Of a DNA stretch of 48,033 bases, positions 8,608-21,462 are shown in pieces. The position numbers were made by a program, and so were the translations under genes. The stretch comes from Thermoleophilaceae bacterium. Lineage in GTDB: Bacteria; Actinomycetota; Thermoleophilia; Solirubrobacterales; Thermoleophilaceae. Numbering within the stretch: the first letter of the stretch is position 1; each line of letters begins with the position of its first letter. The DNA is taken from the NCBI GenBank assembly GCA_051001995.1, contig JBPCMT010000021.1:1-48033 (forward strand), read 5' to 3'. The notes beneath the pieces are model-generated. The model did not search any database and was not told the DNA's origin. It worked only from the letters and a program-made list of their open reading frames with translations.

Positions 8608-9476
8608 ACACATCGCGAACCGTCGCCGACCTGAGGCTCGCCGTCGCGCAGCGGCGCTCGTGCGCGCCGTCCGGCGCGGAGCGGCGCCGCGTCGGGCTCG
8701 TGCCCACCATGGGTGCCCTCCACGACGGGCACCTGTCGCTGATCCGCAGGGCGCGAGCGGACTGCGACACGGTGGTCGTCTCCCTGTTCGTGAATCCGGC
8801 CCAGTTTCGTCCCGGCGAGGACCTCGAGGCCTACCCGCGCGACGAGGCGCGCGACGCAGCGCTCGCCGAGGCGGAGGGCGTGGACGTACTCTTTGCGCCG
8901 CCGGAGGAGGAGATCTACCCGCCCGGCTTCGACACCCGGGTCCGGGTCGGCCGGCTCACCTCGGTCCTCTGCGGCGGCCCCGACCGGCGCGGCCCGGACC
9001 ACTTCACCGGCGTCGCGACGGTGGTCGTGAAGCTTTTCAACATGGTCGGCCCCGACGTTGCTTACTTCGGGCAGAAGGACGCGCAGCAGGCGCTCGTCAT
9101 CCACCGGCTGGTCCGCGACCTCGACATCCCGGTGGCGATTGAGGTCTGTCCGACGGTGCGCGAGCCAAGCGGCTTGGCTGTCAGCTCCCGCAACGCGTAC
9201 CTCGACCGGGCCGAGCGCGAGCGAGCGGCGGCGCTCAGCCGGGCGCTCGCCGCCGCCGAGACGGCGGTGGCGGGCGGCGAGAGATCCGCGGACGCCGTGC
9301 TCCGCGCCGCCCGCGCCGAGCTCGAGGCTGCGCACGTCCAGCCCGAGTACCTGGAGCTTCGCTCCGCGCGCGACCTCTCGCCGGCCCGGCGGGTGAACGG
9401 GGCCACTCTTCTCGCCGTTGCCGCCCGCGTGGGCGAAACGCGGCTGATCGACAACACGATCCTGGAGGCCAAATGA
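8604..9476 (+). CDS. panC: Pantoate--beta-alanine ligase
   Basis: [21 protein letters not shown] and SSRN motifs. GTG at 8604 has a GGGAGG Shine-Dalgarno 5 nt upstream. Confidence 0.92.
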   Translation: MNTSRTVADLRLAVAQRRSCAPSGAERRRVGLVPTMGALHDGHLSLIRRARADCDTVVVSLFVNPAQFRPGEDLEAYPRDEARDAALAEAEGVDVLFAPPEEEIYPPGFDTRVRVGRLTSVLCGGPDRRGPDHFTGVATVVVKLFNMVGPDVAYFGQKDAQQALVIHRLVRDLDIPVAIEVCPTVREPSGLAVSSRNAYLDRAERERAAALSRALAAAETAVAGGERSADAVLRAARAELEAAHVQPEYLELRSARDLSPARRVNGATLLAVAARVGETRLIDNTILEAK

Positions 9477-9853
9477 ACCGCACGATGCTGAAGTCGAAGA
9501 TCCACCGCGCCCGCGTGACGGGGGCCGACCTCCACTACGTCGGCTCGATCACGATCGACCGGGACCTGCTCGAGGCTGCCGACCTGCTCGAGCACGAGCT
9601 TGTCCACGTGCTCGACGTGGACAACGGCGCGCGCCTGGAGACCTACACGATCGGGGGCGAGCGCGGCTCGGGAGAGGTCACGATCAACGGCGCCGCCGCC
9701 CGGCTGGTGAATGCCGGGGACACCGTCATCGTGGTCTCCTACGCCTCCTACTCGGAGGCCGAGCTCGAGCGCTACGAGCCCCGGGTGGTGCACGTCGACG
9801 CGCGCAACGGGATCGTCGGCGTGGACGACCGGGTCGCGGAGTTGGCGGCATGA
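9473..9853 (+). CDS. panD: Aspartate 1-decarboxylase
   Basis: [12 protein letters not shown], with the self-processing site YVGSITID. 126 aa. ATGA overlap with panC. Confidence 0.92.
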   Translation: MNRTMLKSKIHRARVTGADLHYVGSITIDRDLLEAADLLEHELVHVLDVDNGARLETYTIGGERGSGEVTINGAAARLVNAGDTVIVVSYASYSEAELERYEPRVVHVDARNGIVGVDDRVAELAA

Positions 9854-10803
9854 GCTCGGCGCCCCGAACGCCGCCCGGGCCGCCTGAGGGCGCCGCGCCT
9901 CCGACGCGCGACTCGCGCGGCACCAAGCCCGGCGGCCGGGTCACGCTCTCCGTGCTGACCGAGCGCAAGGCGCTCGGCGAGCCGATCGTGATGGTCACCG
10001 CCTATGACTTCCCGAGCGGGCAGGTGGCGGAGGCGGCCGGCGTGGACGTTGTCCTGGTGGGCGACTCGGCGGCGATGACGGTGCTCGGCTACCCGAGCAC
10101 CGTGCCGGTCACGCTGGACGAGATGGTGATGCTCGCCGGCGCCGTCCGCCGTGGGCTCACGACGCCGTTGCTCATCGGCGATCTGCCGTTCGGCTCCTAC
10201 GAGGGCTCCAACGAGCGCGCCGTGGCCAGCGCCCAGCGCTTCGTCAAGGAGGCCGGCTGCGACGCCGTCAAGCTCGAGCGCGGCGGCCAGTCCGCGGAGC
10301 GCGCCGCCGCGATCGCGGCCGCCGGGATCCCGGTGATGGGCCACGTCGGGCTGACCCCGCAGACCGCGACCGCGCTCGGCGGCTACCGCTCCCAGGGTCG
10401 CACCGCGGAGCGGGCGCTCGAGGTTGCGAGGGACGCCGAGGCGCTGCAGGAGGCGGGATGCTTCGCGGTGGTCTTCGAGGCGATCCCGAGCGATGTGACC
10501 GACGTGATCATGCCCGCCATGGAGATCCCGGTGATCGGCATCGGGGCGGGCCCGGCGACCGACGGCCAGGTGCTGGTCTTCCACGACCTGCTCGGGATCT
10601 ACGACGGCCACGCCGCCCGCTTCGTCAAGCGCTACGCGGCTATCCGCGAGGAGATGGTGGCCGGGGTCGCCGAGTACGCGCGCGACGTGCGCGAGCGCCG
10701 CTACCCCGAGCCCGGCCACGGCTACACGATGGCGCCGGACGAGGCAGAGCGGCTCAGGGAGCTGGTCGATCGGGAGCGCCAGGCCGCGACGCTCTGGCCG
10801 TAG
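9850..10803 (+). CDS. panB: 3-methyl-2-oxobutanoate hydroxymethyltransferase
   Basis: [24 protein letters not shown] and GHVGLTPQ motifs. ATGA overlap with panD. The N-terminal ~35 aa are low complexity, so the true start could be later. Confidence 0.92.
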   Translation: MSSAPRTPPGPPEGAAPPTRDSRGTKPGGRVTLSVLTERKALGEPIVMVTAYDFPSGQVAEAAGVDVVLVGDSAAMTVLGYPSTVPVTLDEMVMLAGAVRRGLTTPLLIGDLPFGSYEGSNERAVASAQRFVKEAGCDAVKLERGGQSAERAAAIAAAGIPVMGHVGLTPQTATALGGYRSQGRTAERALEVARDAEALQEAGCFAVVFEAIPSDVTDVIMPAMEIPVIGIGAGPATDGQVLVFHDLLGIYDGHAARFVKRYAAIREEMVAGVAEYARDVRERRYPEPGHGYTMAPDEAERLRELVDRERQAATLWP

Positions 10804-10846
10804 GACCGGCTGGCCCCGCGCCCGGCAGGCGCGCCCACCGGAAGCT

Positions 10847-10895
10847 GAACTTTGGCGAGTTGCGCACACCCCTCGGGCGTAGCTCGCCAAAGTTC
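10847..10895. terminator. Perfect 13-bp inverted repeat (GAACTTTGGCGAG ... CTCGCCAAAGTTC, 23-nt spacer) between convergent panB and the acyltransferase gene; candidate bidirectional terminator
   Basis: The arms at 10847..10859 and 10883..10895 are exact reverse complements. They are locally AT-richer than the surroundings and sit in the only non-coding gap between two convergent operons. There is no clear U-tract. Confidence 0.4.
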
Positions 10896-10906
10896 GACGA
10901 CACAAG

Positions 10907-11494
10907 TCATCCCCGCCCGTCGTACTCGATCTCGCGGATCACCTCTGCCGGCGCTCCGGCCGCGATCACCCGCGGCGGTAGGTCGCGGGTCACCACTGAG
11001 TTCGCGCCCACCACGCAGCGGTCGCCAACCGTGACGCCGCTCGTCACGACGCAATTCACCCCGAACCAGCAGTTCGAGCCGATCGCGGTTGGCCCCTTCG
11101 AGTCGAAGCCCTGGTACGGGACCGGCTTGTCTGGGTCGTCGAAGCGGTGGGAGGCGTCGGTCACGAAGCAGTGGTTGGCGAACATCGTGTGGTCGCCGAT
11201 CGTCACGCGATCCTGGACCGCGACCATGCAGCCCATGTTGAGGAAGGTGCCCGACCCCATCTCGAGCCGCGCCCCGTCACCGACTGTCACCCAGCAGCCG
11301 GGCTCGAGCAGCGTCTGCTCGCCGATGTCGAGCCGGCCGTCGTCGAGCGCCTCGAGCACGTTGCCCTGCACCGGGAAGCGAATGAAGGCTCCTCGACGCG
11401 CCATGTGGCGATGGATGCGAGCGCGCCGCCACGGCAGCGAGTTGCGCTCGTACCAGCGCCACTTCTGAAGGTAGAGCTTCAGGCGGGGGTCCAA
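10907..11494 (-). CDS. Hexapeptide-repeat (left-handed beta-helix) acyl/acetyltransferase
   Basis: LbH repeats (IGDHTMFANHCFV, IGSNCWFGVNCVVTSGVTVGDRCVVGANSVV). The preferred start is TTG at 11492..11494 with a GAGGAAG Shine-Dalgarno 5 nt upstream. This retains the N-terminal helix [14 protein letters not shown] and overlaps the DUF4328 gene by 16 nt. The alternative is ATG 11404. Confidence 0.75.
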   Translation of the reverse strand: MDPRLKLYLQKWRWYERNSLPWRRARIHRHMARRGAFIRFPVQGNVLEALDDGRLDIGEQTLLEPGCWVTVGDGARLEMGSGTFLNMGCMVAVQDRVTIGDHTMFANHCFVTDASHRFDDPDKPVPYQGFDSKGPTAIGSNCWFGVNCVVTSGVTVGDRCVVGANSVVTRDLPPRVIAAGAPAEVIREIEYDGRG

Positions 11495-12227
11495 CCGAGC
11501 TTCCTCGCGCGCGACTCCTGTCGCTCCGTGGTCCGCCGGACGACGAGGGCCCCGAGCACGGCGGCCGCCGCGCTGAGAAGGCCCCCCACGACGGACAGGG
11601 CGCCGCTGGCGGTCGTGGTCGTGGCGCGGTCGCCGGACAGGGCGCTGTCGAAGCTCGAGGTGGCGCTGTCCACGCCCGCCTCCACCGCCAACAGAAAGCT
11701 CAGGACCCAGATAGCCCACCACAGGTGGTGGAACGCCGGCACCGTCGCCTTCTCCCCGGCTCCGCCAGCCGGCTCCGGCTCGCTCCCGCGCCAGATCTCG
11801 TTCAGCATCAGCTTCGGGAGGACGAGATCCAGGACCGGGACGAACCACGCCCCGATCGTCCAGCCCACGCCGTGACGAGGCTCAGGCGCGCCGAGCGGGC
11901 GCAAATTGGTGTACGCGCGGTAGAACCAGATGATGAACAGCACCGCCGTGGCCAAGAAGACCAGGCCCTGGAGTAAGCCGAACAGGGCAAGTGCGATGTC
12001 CGCGCCGTCGAGGCGGTCGTAGGCCGGCGTCGAGTACGTGCCGAGGCCGTACACGGCCAGAGTGATTACGGTGCTGAGCCCGTTCGCCGCGGCGGTGGTA
12101 ACGAGCAGCCAGAAGATCCACGGCGACAGGCCGACGAGCGGCCGGTAGGGCTCGCCCGGAGCGTACGCGGCGCCCGGCGGCGACCAGCCGGGCGTCTCCG
12201 GTCCGGGCGACGCGCCCCCGGCGCCCG

Positions 12228-12231
<4 letters not shown>
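11479..12231 (-). CDS. DUF4328-like integral membrane protein
   Basis: 250 aa with a Pro/Gly/Tyr-rich N-terminus and about 4-5 TM segments. Core motif [12 protein letters not shown]...[10 protein letters not shown]...P..MLNEIW. GTG at 12229..12231 overlaps the uvrA stop (GTGA). Confidence 0.7.
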
Positions 12232-15152
<2,921 letters not shown>

Positions 15153-15159
15153 ATGCCCA

Positions 15160-15165
15160 AGTCTA
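15160..15165 (-). promoter_or_regulatory. Putative -10 hexamer TAGACT for uvrA
   Basis: It matches the actinobacterial TANNNT pattern and ends 7 nt before the preferred GTG start, so the mRNA would be leaderless or have a very short leader. The LexA box would overlap the -35 region. Confidence 0.3.
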
Positions 15166-15179
15166 GGCTCGGGGTCGGC

Positions 15180-15193
15180 CGAACCGGTGTTCG
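15180..15193 (-). promoter_or_regulatory. LexA (SOS / Cheo-type) operator CGAACACCGGTTCG upstream of uvrA
   Basis: This is the only exact GAAC-N4-GTTC I found when scanning the window by eye. Both half-sites extend to CGAAC/GTTCG, and the box is centred about 35 nt upstream of the preferred uvrA start. Confidence 0.55.
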
Positions 15194-15251
15194 GCGCCGG
15201 CGGGAGTTTGCGCACGTCGCGGTGCGCGCCCGGTCCGAGCTCCGGGGCCGG

Positions 15252-16376
15252 TCAGCTTCCGACGCGCGAATAGACCTCGTCGAGCACCGCGTCCTGGTCC
15301 TCGAGGTTGAAGTTCTCGGACAGGTAGCGGGCGGTCTCGTCGCGCGGGGTGCCGTTGAGAGCCATATTGAGCGCGATCAGCCGCGCGCCCTCCGAGCCCG
15401 CGATCGCACGGCCGTGCTCGGCGGACTCCGGCTCTTCGACTGTGCTGGGCTCGTCCCCGACGGTCGCCGGCTCGTCCTCGAGCGTCGCGGGCTCGTCGCC
15501 GAGGGTTGCGGGCTCGTCCACCAGCGTCGGCTGGTCGACCGCCGGCAGCTCGGACTCGTCGAGCGGCTCGGGCTCCGGCTCCAGCTCCACGGCGTCCACC
15601 TCGCTGGCCGCGGGCGCCGCCCCGAGGTCGCCCTCGTGCTCCGCGGCCGACTCGTCGGGATCGGTCGCGAACTCGTCGGGCGCCTCCTCGACCGGGAGCT
15701 GCTCGTCCTGCTCGCCGGCCACGTCGGGCTCGGGCGCGGCGACGGCCGCTGCCTCGCCGACCGCACCGGCGGTCGCGGGGCCGGTGCCGCCGCTCGCGTG
15801 CGCCTCCCGCAACGCCGGCAGCTCGGCGCGGATCTGCTCGAGGTCGCCGCTCAGGGACTCCGCGTTCGTCCTCAGCCGGCCGACGAGCGAGGTCGTCTCG
15901 CCGCGGAGGTTCTCGAGCAGGCCCTCGAGCTCGGAGTCGGCACCGCGGGCGCGTTCGAGCATCTGGTCGGCGATCGCCTGCACGTGCTCGACGTGCGAGC
16001 CGGCCTCCGCCTGCGCGCGCTCACGGGCCTCCCTGGAGGCCGTGTCGGCCTCCTCGCGCACTCTGCGGGCGTGCAGCTCCGCTTGGTCGCGCACCTGGCT
16101 CGCCTCGGTGGCGGTTTCCTCGGTCACGCGGCGCGCCTCGTCGTCCGCTTGCTGCTGGATCTGCGCCGCGCTCGTCTCCGCGGCTTCGACGATCCCGCGG
16201 ATCTGCTCGGCCGCGCTGCCCGCGAGGCTCGGGCGGCTCTCCTGCTCCTGCGCCTGCTGCTGCTGGAGCCGGGTCACCTCGTCGGCGACCTGCCGTAGGT
16301 GCGCGTCGACCTCGTCAGGGTCATAGCCACGGCGCGCCGCCGTGAAGTCTCTCCGCTCGATGAGGTCACGGTCCAT
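15252..16376 (-). CDS. DivIVA-domain protein with a coiled coil, an acidic repeat region and a small conserved C-terminal domain
   Basis: 374 aa. The N-terminus FTAARRGYDPDEVDAHL is the DivIVA signature. A Glu/Ala/Arg-rich coiled coil follows, then DEPATLx repeats. The C-terminus is ARLIALNMALNGTPRDETARYLSENF. ATG 16374..16376 has a GAAGGAG Shine-Dalgarno 9 nt upstream. Confidence 0.8.
   Translation of the reverse strand: MDRDLIERRDFTAARRGYDPDEVDAHLRQVADEVTRLQQQQAQEQESRPSLAGSAAEQIRGIVEAAETSAAQIQQQADDEARRVTEETATEASQVRDQAELHARRVREEADTASREARERAQAEAGSHVEHVQAIADQMLERARGADSELEGLLENLRGETTSLVGRLRTNAESLSGDLEQIRAELPALREAHASGGTGPATAGAVGEAAAVAAPEPDVAGEQDEQLPVEEAPDEFATDPDESAAEHEGDLGAAPAASEVDAVELEPEPEPLDESELPAVDQPTLVDEPATLGDEPATLEDEPATVGDEPSTVEEPESAEHGRAIAGSEGARLIALNMALNGTPRDETARYLSENFNLEDQDAVLDEVYSRVGS
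15435..15518 (-). repeat. In-frame 21-nt tandem repeat, 4 copies, encoding DEP(A/S)T(L/V)x
   Basis: ggctcgtc recurs at 15448/15469/15490/15511 with 21-nt periodicity. Confidence 0.8.
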
Positions 16377-16483
16377 CTGGCTGGGGCTCCTTCGTCGTTT
16401 TGCCTCCCAAAGTGCGGGCAAGCGTACCGGAGCGACTGCGGAGGAGCCGCCGCCGCGCGCCATCGGCCGGGGTGAGGGAGCGC

Positions 16484-18484
16484 CTACGTTGCTTCGATCT
16501 GATCGAGCTCGCGGCGCAAGGACTTGAGCTCGTCGCGCAGCTTGGCCGCGTACTCGAACCGCAGCTCCTCCGCGGCGGCGAGCATCTCCTCCTCGAGCTC
16601 GACCATCGTCCGCGCGATCTCCTCGGCGGACATGCCCTCCTCCGCGGCTGAGCGCGTGCGGCGGTCCCTGGTGGGCACCTTCGACTCGAGCGCCAAGAAG
16701 TCGGAGATGTCCGAGATCCCCTTGCGCACGGTCTCGGGCGTGATCCCGCGCTCCTCGTTGTAGGCGACCTGGATCGCGCGCCGGCGGTCCGTCTCGTCGA
16801 TCGCCCGGTGCATCGCGGCGGACCTCTGGTCCGCGTACATGATCACGCGTCCGCGCACGTTGCGAGCCGCGCGCCCGATCGTCTGGATCAGTGACGTCTC
16901 TCCACGCAGGAAGCCCTCCTTGTCCGCGTCCACGATCGCAACCAGCGAGACCTCCGGTAGGTCGAGGCCCTCGCGCAGCAGGTTCACGCCGACGAGCACG
17001 TCGAACTCGCCGAGGCGCAGGTCGCGGATGATCTGAATGCGCTCGAGCGTGTCCACCTCCGAGTGCAGGTAGCGCACGCGGAAGCCGTACTCCATCAGGT
17101 AGTCGGTCAGGTCCTCGGCCATCTTCTTCGTCAGCGTGGTCACAAGGGCACGCTCGCCGGCCTCGGCGCGGGCGCGAACCTCGTTCATGAGGTCGTCGAT
17201 CTGGTTCTTCGTCTCGCGGACCTCGACCTCGGGGTCCACGACGCCGGTCGGGCGGACGATCTGCTCGACGATCCGCGACGAGTGGCCGCGCTCGAAGTCG
17301 CCCGGCGTGGCCGACACCATCACGATCTGGCCGGTGACGTCCAGGAACTCCTCGAACCGCTGGGGGCGGTTGTCGAGCGCGCTGGGCAGCCGGAAGCCGT
17401 ATTCCACGAGCGTCTGCTTGCGCGAGCGGTCGCCCTCGTACATCCCGCCGATCTGGGGCACGGTCTGGTGCGACTCGTCGATGAAGCAGACCATGTCGTC
17501 GGGGAAGAAGTCGAGCAGGCAGAAGGGGCGCTCCCCGGGCGCGCGGTCGTCCAGGATCCGCGAGTAGTTCTCGATCCCGCTGCAGAAGCCGAGCTCGCGC
17601 AGCATCTCCATGTCGAACTGCGTGCGCTGGCGCAGGCGGTGGGACTCGAGCAGCTTGCCCTCCGCCTCGAGCTCCTTGGTGCGCTGCTCGAGCTCGTCGC
17701 GGATCTCGCCGACCGCGCGCTCGATCGTCTCGCGATCGGTGGCGTAGTGGGTAGCGGGCCAGACGGCGGCGTACTCGAGGTCGGCGTAGACCTCGCCGGT
17801 CAGCGGGTCGAAGTGCTGGACGGCCTCGATCTCGTCGCCGAAGAAGACCGCCCTGTACGCGCTCTCGGCGTAGGCCGGGAAGACCTCGAGCGTCTCGCCG
17901 CGCACGCGAAACGTTCCCCGCGCGAGCGCCTGGTCGTTGCGCGAGTACTGGATGTCGACGAGCTTGCGCAGCACTCCGTCGCGGTCGACCATGTCGCCGC
18001 GCTTGAGCATCAGCATCATGCGGTCGTACTTCTCGGGCGAGCCGAGGCCGAAGATGCACGACACGCTGGCCACGACGATGGTGTCGCGGCGGCCGAGCAG
18101 CGCCGCGGTGGCGGCGTGGCGCAGGCGCTCGATCTCGTCGTTGATCGAGGAGTCCTTCTCGATGTAGAGGTCCTGCGACGGGACGTAGGCCTCGGGCTGG
18201 TAGTAGTCGTAGTAGGAGACGAAGTACTCGACTGCGTTATCCGGGAAGAACTCTCGGAACTCGTTGCAGAGCTGCGCGGCGAGCGTCTTGTTGTGTGCGA
18301 TCACGAGCGCCGGGCGCTGGACGCGCTCAATGGCGAATGCCATCGTCGCGGTCTTCCCCGATCCGGTCACGCCGAGCAGCGTCTGGAAGCGCTCGCCCGC
18401 GTCGAGGCCCGCGGCGAGCTGGTCGCGCGCCTCGGGCTGGTCGGCGACGGGCGTGTAGGCCGGGTTCAGACGGAAGTCGGGCAC
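16484..18484 (-). CDS. uvrB: Excinuclease ABC subunit B
   Basis: [15 protein letters not shown], helicase motifs, and a C-terminal UVR domain ([15 protein letters not shown]). GTG start. Confidence 0.95.
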   Translation of the reverse strand: MPDFRLNPAYTPVADQPEARDQLAAGLDAGERFQTLLGVTGSGKTATMAFAIERVQRPALVIAHNKTLAAQLCNEFREFFPDNAVEYFVSYYDYYQPEAYVPSQDLYIEKDSSINDEIERLRHAATAALLGRRDTIVVASVSCIFGLGSPEKYDRMMLMLKRGDMVDRDGVLRKLVDIQYSRNDQALARGTFRVRGETLEVFPAYAESAYRAVFFGDEIEAVQHFDPLTGEVYADLEYAAVWPATHYATDRETIERAVGEIRDELEQRTKELEAEGKLLESHRLRQRTQFDMEMLRELGFCSGIENYSRILDDRAPGERPFCLLDFFPDDMVCFIDESHQTVPQIGGMYEGDRSRKQTLVEYGFRLPSALDNRPQRFEEFLDVTGQIVMVSATPGDFERGHSSRIVEQIVRPTGVVDPEVEVRETKNQIDDLMNEVRARAEAGERALVTTLTKKMAEDLTDYLMEYGFRVRYLHSEVDTLERIQIIRDLRLGEFDVLVGVNLLREGLDLPEVSLVAIVDADKEGFLRGETSLIQTIGRAARNVRGRVIMYADQRSAAMHRAIDETDRRRAIQVAYNEERGITPETVRKGISDISDFLALESKVPTRDRRTRSAAEEGMSAEEIARTMVELEEEMLAAAEELRFEYAAKLRDELKSLRRELDQIEAT

Positions 18485-18650
18485 CGGGTCGAAGCTAGCA
18501 GTGCCCGCCGTCGTCGCGGCGCCGCCGGATGGTGCGCGTTACCGGGCGGCGAACCGGCGCGACGATCGACGCTCACTTCCCGCCCACGAGCCCGTAGGGC
18601 GTTCGCCGTAACTGAGCACCTGCGACTCCGCTCCCCGGAGCGCGCGGATC

Positions 18651-19325
18651 TCAGAGCCCGAGATCCGCGGCGTAGTTCTTCTCGTACTCCTTGCGCCGCT
18701 CCTCGACGTCGGCCACGTACTCGCGCGTCTCCGTGAACGGGATGTCCTCGAGGTCGAGCTCATCGCTGTCGGCCTCGGCGAGCCAGCTGTCCACGTTGGT
18801 CCCGCCGGCGTTGTAGGCGGCGATCGCCAGGCGCTCGTCGCCGTCGTAGCGGTCGATCAGATAGCGCAGGTAGAAGCACCCGTAGGAGATGTTGATCTGC
18901 GGATTGCCGAGGTCGTCGAGCACGAAGGTGGTGGCGCCGGAGTTCTGCGCGATGAACTCCGCCGTCTCCGGCGTGATCTGCATCAGCCCCTCGGCTCCCG
19001 CCGGCGACGTCTGGGGCCGAAAGCGCGACTCCTCGTAGATGATCGCCGCGATCAGCGCCGAGTCGAGGTCCTTTTCCTGGGCCTGCTGGCGGATGACGTC
19101 GTCGTGGCGCAGCGGCAGCGTGACCTCGCGCACGGCGTCGCCGAGCGGCCCGACCCCGGCGGCGACCGCGACCACGCCCCCGACCACCAGCGCGATGACG
19201 ATCGCGCCCAACCGACGCCGGCGCGCGACCGTGCGCGCGTCTCGGCGCCGCGGTGCCCGCGTCGGGGGTCGGCGGGGTCCACCCGATCGGGAAGATGGCC
19301 TCGATCGCGTCGTCGGGGGGTTCAT
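18651..19325 (-). CDS. Membrane-anchored lytic transglycosylase (SLT domain)
   Basis: MNPPTT..., an Arg-rich N-terminus plus one TM segment. SLT motifs IIYEESRF, GLMQITPETA and AAYNAG. ATG 19323..19325 overlaps the coaE stop (ATGA). Confidence 0.8.
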   Translation of the reverse strand: MNPPTTRSRPSSRSGGPRRPPTRAPRRRDARTVARRRRLGAIVIALVVGGVVAVAAGVGPLGDAVREVTLPLRHDDVIRQQAQEKDLDSALIAAIIYEESRFRPQTSPAGAEGLMQITPETAEFIAQNSGATTFVLDDLGNPQINISYGCFYLRYLIDRYDGDERLAIAAYNAGGTNVDSWLAEADSDELDLEDIPFTETREYVADVEERRKEYEKNYAADLGL

Positions 19326-19939
19326 GCTCCTATCGTCGCAAGCACGCCGCTCAGGCTCTCCTCCAGGTCGTCGAGATCCCCGTCGTTTTCGACCACGAAG
19401 TCCGCGCGGCGCGCCTTCTCGTCCTGGTCGAGCTGGCGCGCCGTGCGCGACTCGAGCGCCCGGTGCCCGCGCTCGGAGGCGCGCCGCCCGCGCGTCTCGT
19501 CGTCGGCGACCACGGCGATCGTAGCGTCGAAGACAGCCTCCATCTCGGCCTCGAAGAGCAGCGGGACCTCCACGATCGCGGCCACCGGAGGCGGCTCCCG
19601 CCGCTCCTGGTGTGCGCGCCACTCGACGACGCGCTCACCCACGCGCGGCCAGAGCAGCTCCTCGAGCCAAGCGCGCTCGTCGGCCCGCTCGAAGACCGCG
19701 TCGGCGATCGCGCCGCGATCGAGCCGGCCCCCGCGGAGGACCACGGCCCCCAGACGCTCGACGACCTGATCGCGCAGCTCGTCTTCGGCCAGCAGCTCGT
19801 GGACGACCTCGTCGGTGGAGAGGGTGGCCGCGCCCAGCCGGCGAAGCGCGCGCAGCGCTTCCGACTTCCCCGCGGCGATGCCGCCGGTCAGGCCGATGAA
19901 GGCGGTCGCCGTCGGTCTCTGCCCGTAAGACGGGCTCAA
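19322..19939 (-). CDS. coaE: Dephospho-CoA kinase
   Basis: IGLTGGIAAGKS P-loop and a CoaE-like body. The only plausible nearby in-frame start is TTG at 19937..19939. The upstream ATG at 20035 would overlap rpsA and encode Arg-rich junk. Confidence 0.85.
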   Translation of the reverse strand: MSPSYGQRPTATAFIGLTGGIAAGKSEALRALRRLGAATLSTDEVVHELLAEDELRDQVVERLGAVVLRGGRLDRGAIADAVFERADERAWLEELLWPRVGERVVEWRAHQERREPPPVAAIVEVPLLFEAEMEAVFDATIAVVADDETRGRRASERGHRALESRTARQLDQDEKARRADFVVENDGDLDDLEESLSGVLATIGA

Positions 19940-19976
19940 GGTCCACTCGGCCGGGACGTCCCGGCCCCGTCGCCGG

Positions 19977-21413
19977 CTAGCGAGCCTCGTCGGCCGGCGC
20001 CTCGGCTTCGCTCGGAGCCTCCCCGTCGCCGGCATCTCCAGCTTCTGAGGCACGAGCGTCCTCGGCGACGTCCTCGACCTCCGCGCTTGCGGTGCCCTCG
20101 GCGCCGTTGGCGCTCGCGGCATCCTCCCCGCCCTCGCCACCGGATCCGTCGGCGCCGGCGAAGACCTCGTCCGAGAGGTCGAGCTCGGGCACGTTGTCGA
20201 GGTCCTCGTCGGCCACTTCGCCGCCCCCGCCCTCCTGCTGCGGCGGCGCGGCGCTGCGCAGCGGCAGCGTCTGCCCCTCGACGCGCTTCACGCTCAGGCT
20301 GAGGCGCCGGCGCTCGGAGTCGATCTCGAGGATCTGGACGCGGATCTCGTCGCCCTGGGCGACGACCTCGCGCGGGTTCTCGACGTGGTGCTGGGCGAGC
20401 TCCGAGATGTGGACGAGTCCCTCGACGCCGTCCATGATCTCCACGAACGCCCCGAAGCTCACGACCTTCGTGACCCGTCCCGAGAGCTCGTCGCCGAGGC
20501 TGTAGGTGTCGACCACTCGCTGCCATGGGTCTTCCTGCGTCTGCTTGAGCCCGAGCGAGATGCGCTGGCGGTCGCGGTCGATGTCGAGCACCTTCACCGG
20601 CACCACCTGGCCAATCGAGAGGACCTCGGAGGGGTGGTTCACGTGGCTCCACGAGAGCTCGGAGATGTGGATCAGGCCGTCGATGCCGTCGAGGTCGACG
20701 AACGCGCCGAACTCGACGATGTTCGAGATCGCCCCCTCCACGATCTGACCGGGCTGGAGGCGGTCGAGGATCTGCTGGCGGACCTCCTTGCGCTCTTCCT
20801 CGAGCACCGCGCGGCGCGATAGAACGACGTTGTTGCGCGAGCGGTTGAGCTCGATGACCTTGCACTCGATCGCGCGGCCGGTGTACTCCTCGAGGTTCTG
20901 GACGCGGCGGATGTCCACGAGCGACGCCGGCAGGAAGCCGCGCACGCCGAGGTCGATTATCAGTCCGCCCTTGACAACCTCGATCACGGTGCCCTCGACC
21001 GGCTCGCCGGACTCGGCGGCCCGCTCGATGCGGCGCCACGCCTTCTCGAAGCGGGCGCGCTTGCGCGACAGGATCAGGCGGCCGTTCTGGTCCTCCTTGG
21101 TGAGGACGAGCGCGTCGACCTCCTCGCCCAGCTCAACCTCGGCGCTGGCGTCGACGGACTTGCGGATCGACAGCTCGTTCTGGGGGATGACCCCCTCGGA
21201 CTTGTAGCCGATGTCGACCAGCACCTCGTCCTTGTCGATGCGAACGACCTGCCCCGAGACGACGTCGCCCTCGTCGAAGGGGACGAGCGTCGCGTCGTAG
21301 TTCGGGACGATCTGCCCGTCGATCTCGAGCAGCAGGCCATCGGAGCCCTCGACCGGCCGGGGCTCGGAGCCGTCGACCGGGCGGGGAGGAGTCAGCGTTT
21401 GGGCTTCGGGCAC
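19977..21413 (-). CDS. rpsA: 30S ribosomal protein S1 with an acidic C-terminal tail
   Basis: Four S1 domains (GDVVSGQVVRIDKDEVLVDIGYKSEGVIP etc.). The start is uncertain: GTG at 21411..21413 is proposed, and the ORF-track start is 21500. Confidence 0.9.
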   Translation of the reverse strand: MPEAQTLTPPRPVDGSEPRPVEGSDGLLLEIDGQIVPNYDATLVPFDEGDVVSGQVVRIDKDEVLVDIGYKSEGVIPQNELSIRKSVDASAEVELGEEVDALVLTKEDQNGRLILSRKRARFEKAWRRIERAAESGEPVEGTVIEVVKGGLIIDLGVRGFLPASLVDIRRVQNLEEYTGRAIECKVIELNRSRNNVVLSRRAVLEEERKEVRQQILDRLQPGQIVEGAISNIVEFGAFVDLDGIDGLIHISELSWSHVNHPSEVLSIGQVVPVKVLDIDRDRQRISLGLKQTQEDPWQRVVDTYSLGDELSGRVTKVVSFGAFVEIMDGVEGLVHISELAQHHVENPREVVAQGDEIRVQILEIDSERRRLSLSVKRVEGQTLPLRSAAPPQQEGGGGEVADEDLDNVPELDLSDEVFAGADGSGGEGGEDAASANGAEGTASAEVEDVAEDARASEAGDAGDGEAPSEAEAPADEAR

Positions 21414-21462
21414 GCGACGCGGAAGGTTAGCGGCCCCGGGCGGCCTCGGTAGCCTGAAAGTC

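Noticed and set aside
8250-10905. Minus-strand ORFs of 361 aa (8250..9335) and 377 aa (9772..10905)
   Set aside because: They are antisense to panC and panB. No motifs are present, and the real genes are supported by catalytic signatures and coupled starts.
15249-15263. 15-nt exact repeat cggtcagcttccgac, also present at 35205..35219
   Set aside because: Several matches of this length are expected by chance among the pairwise comparisons in 48 kb of biased composition. One copy is coding (the DivIVA-like C-terminus) and the other intergenic, with no flanking similarity.
15252-18059. 935-aa ORF spanning the DivIVA-like gene and part of uvrB
   Set aside because: Only the last 374 aa, from the ATG at 16376 with its Shine-Dalgarno, are protein-like. 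The upstream portion is an off-frame read through uvrB.
18485-18650. A 166-nt gap upstream of uvrB, examined for a LexA box or a RecA-independent damage promoter motif
   Set aside because: It contains no GAAC-N4-GTTC and no convincing TGTCGGTG-N8-TANNNT match, only weak 5-bp stems. It is left unannotated.
17063-18736. 557-aa + strand ORF
   Set aside because: It is antisense to uvrB, with composition typical of GC-rich shadow ORFs.
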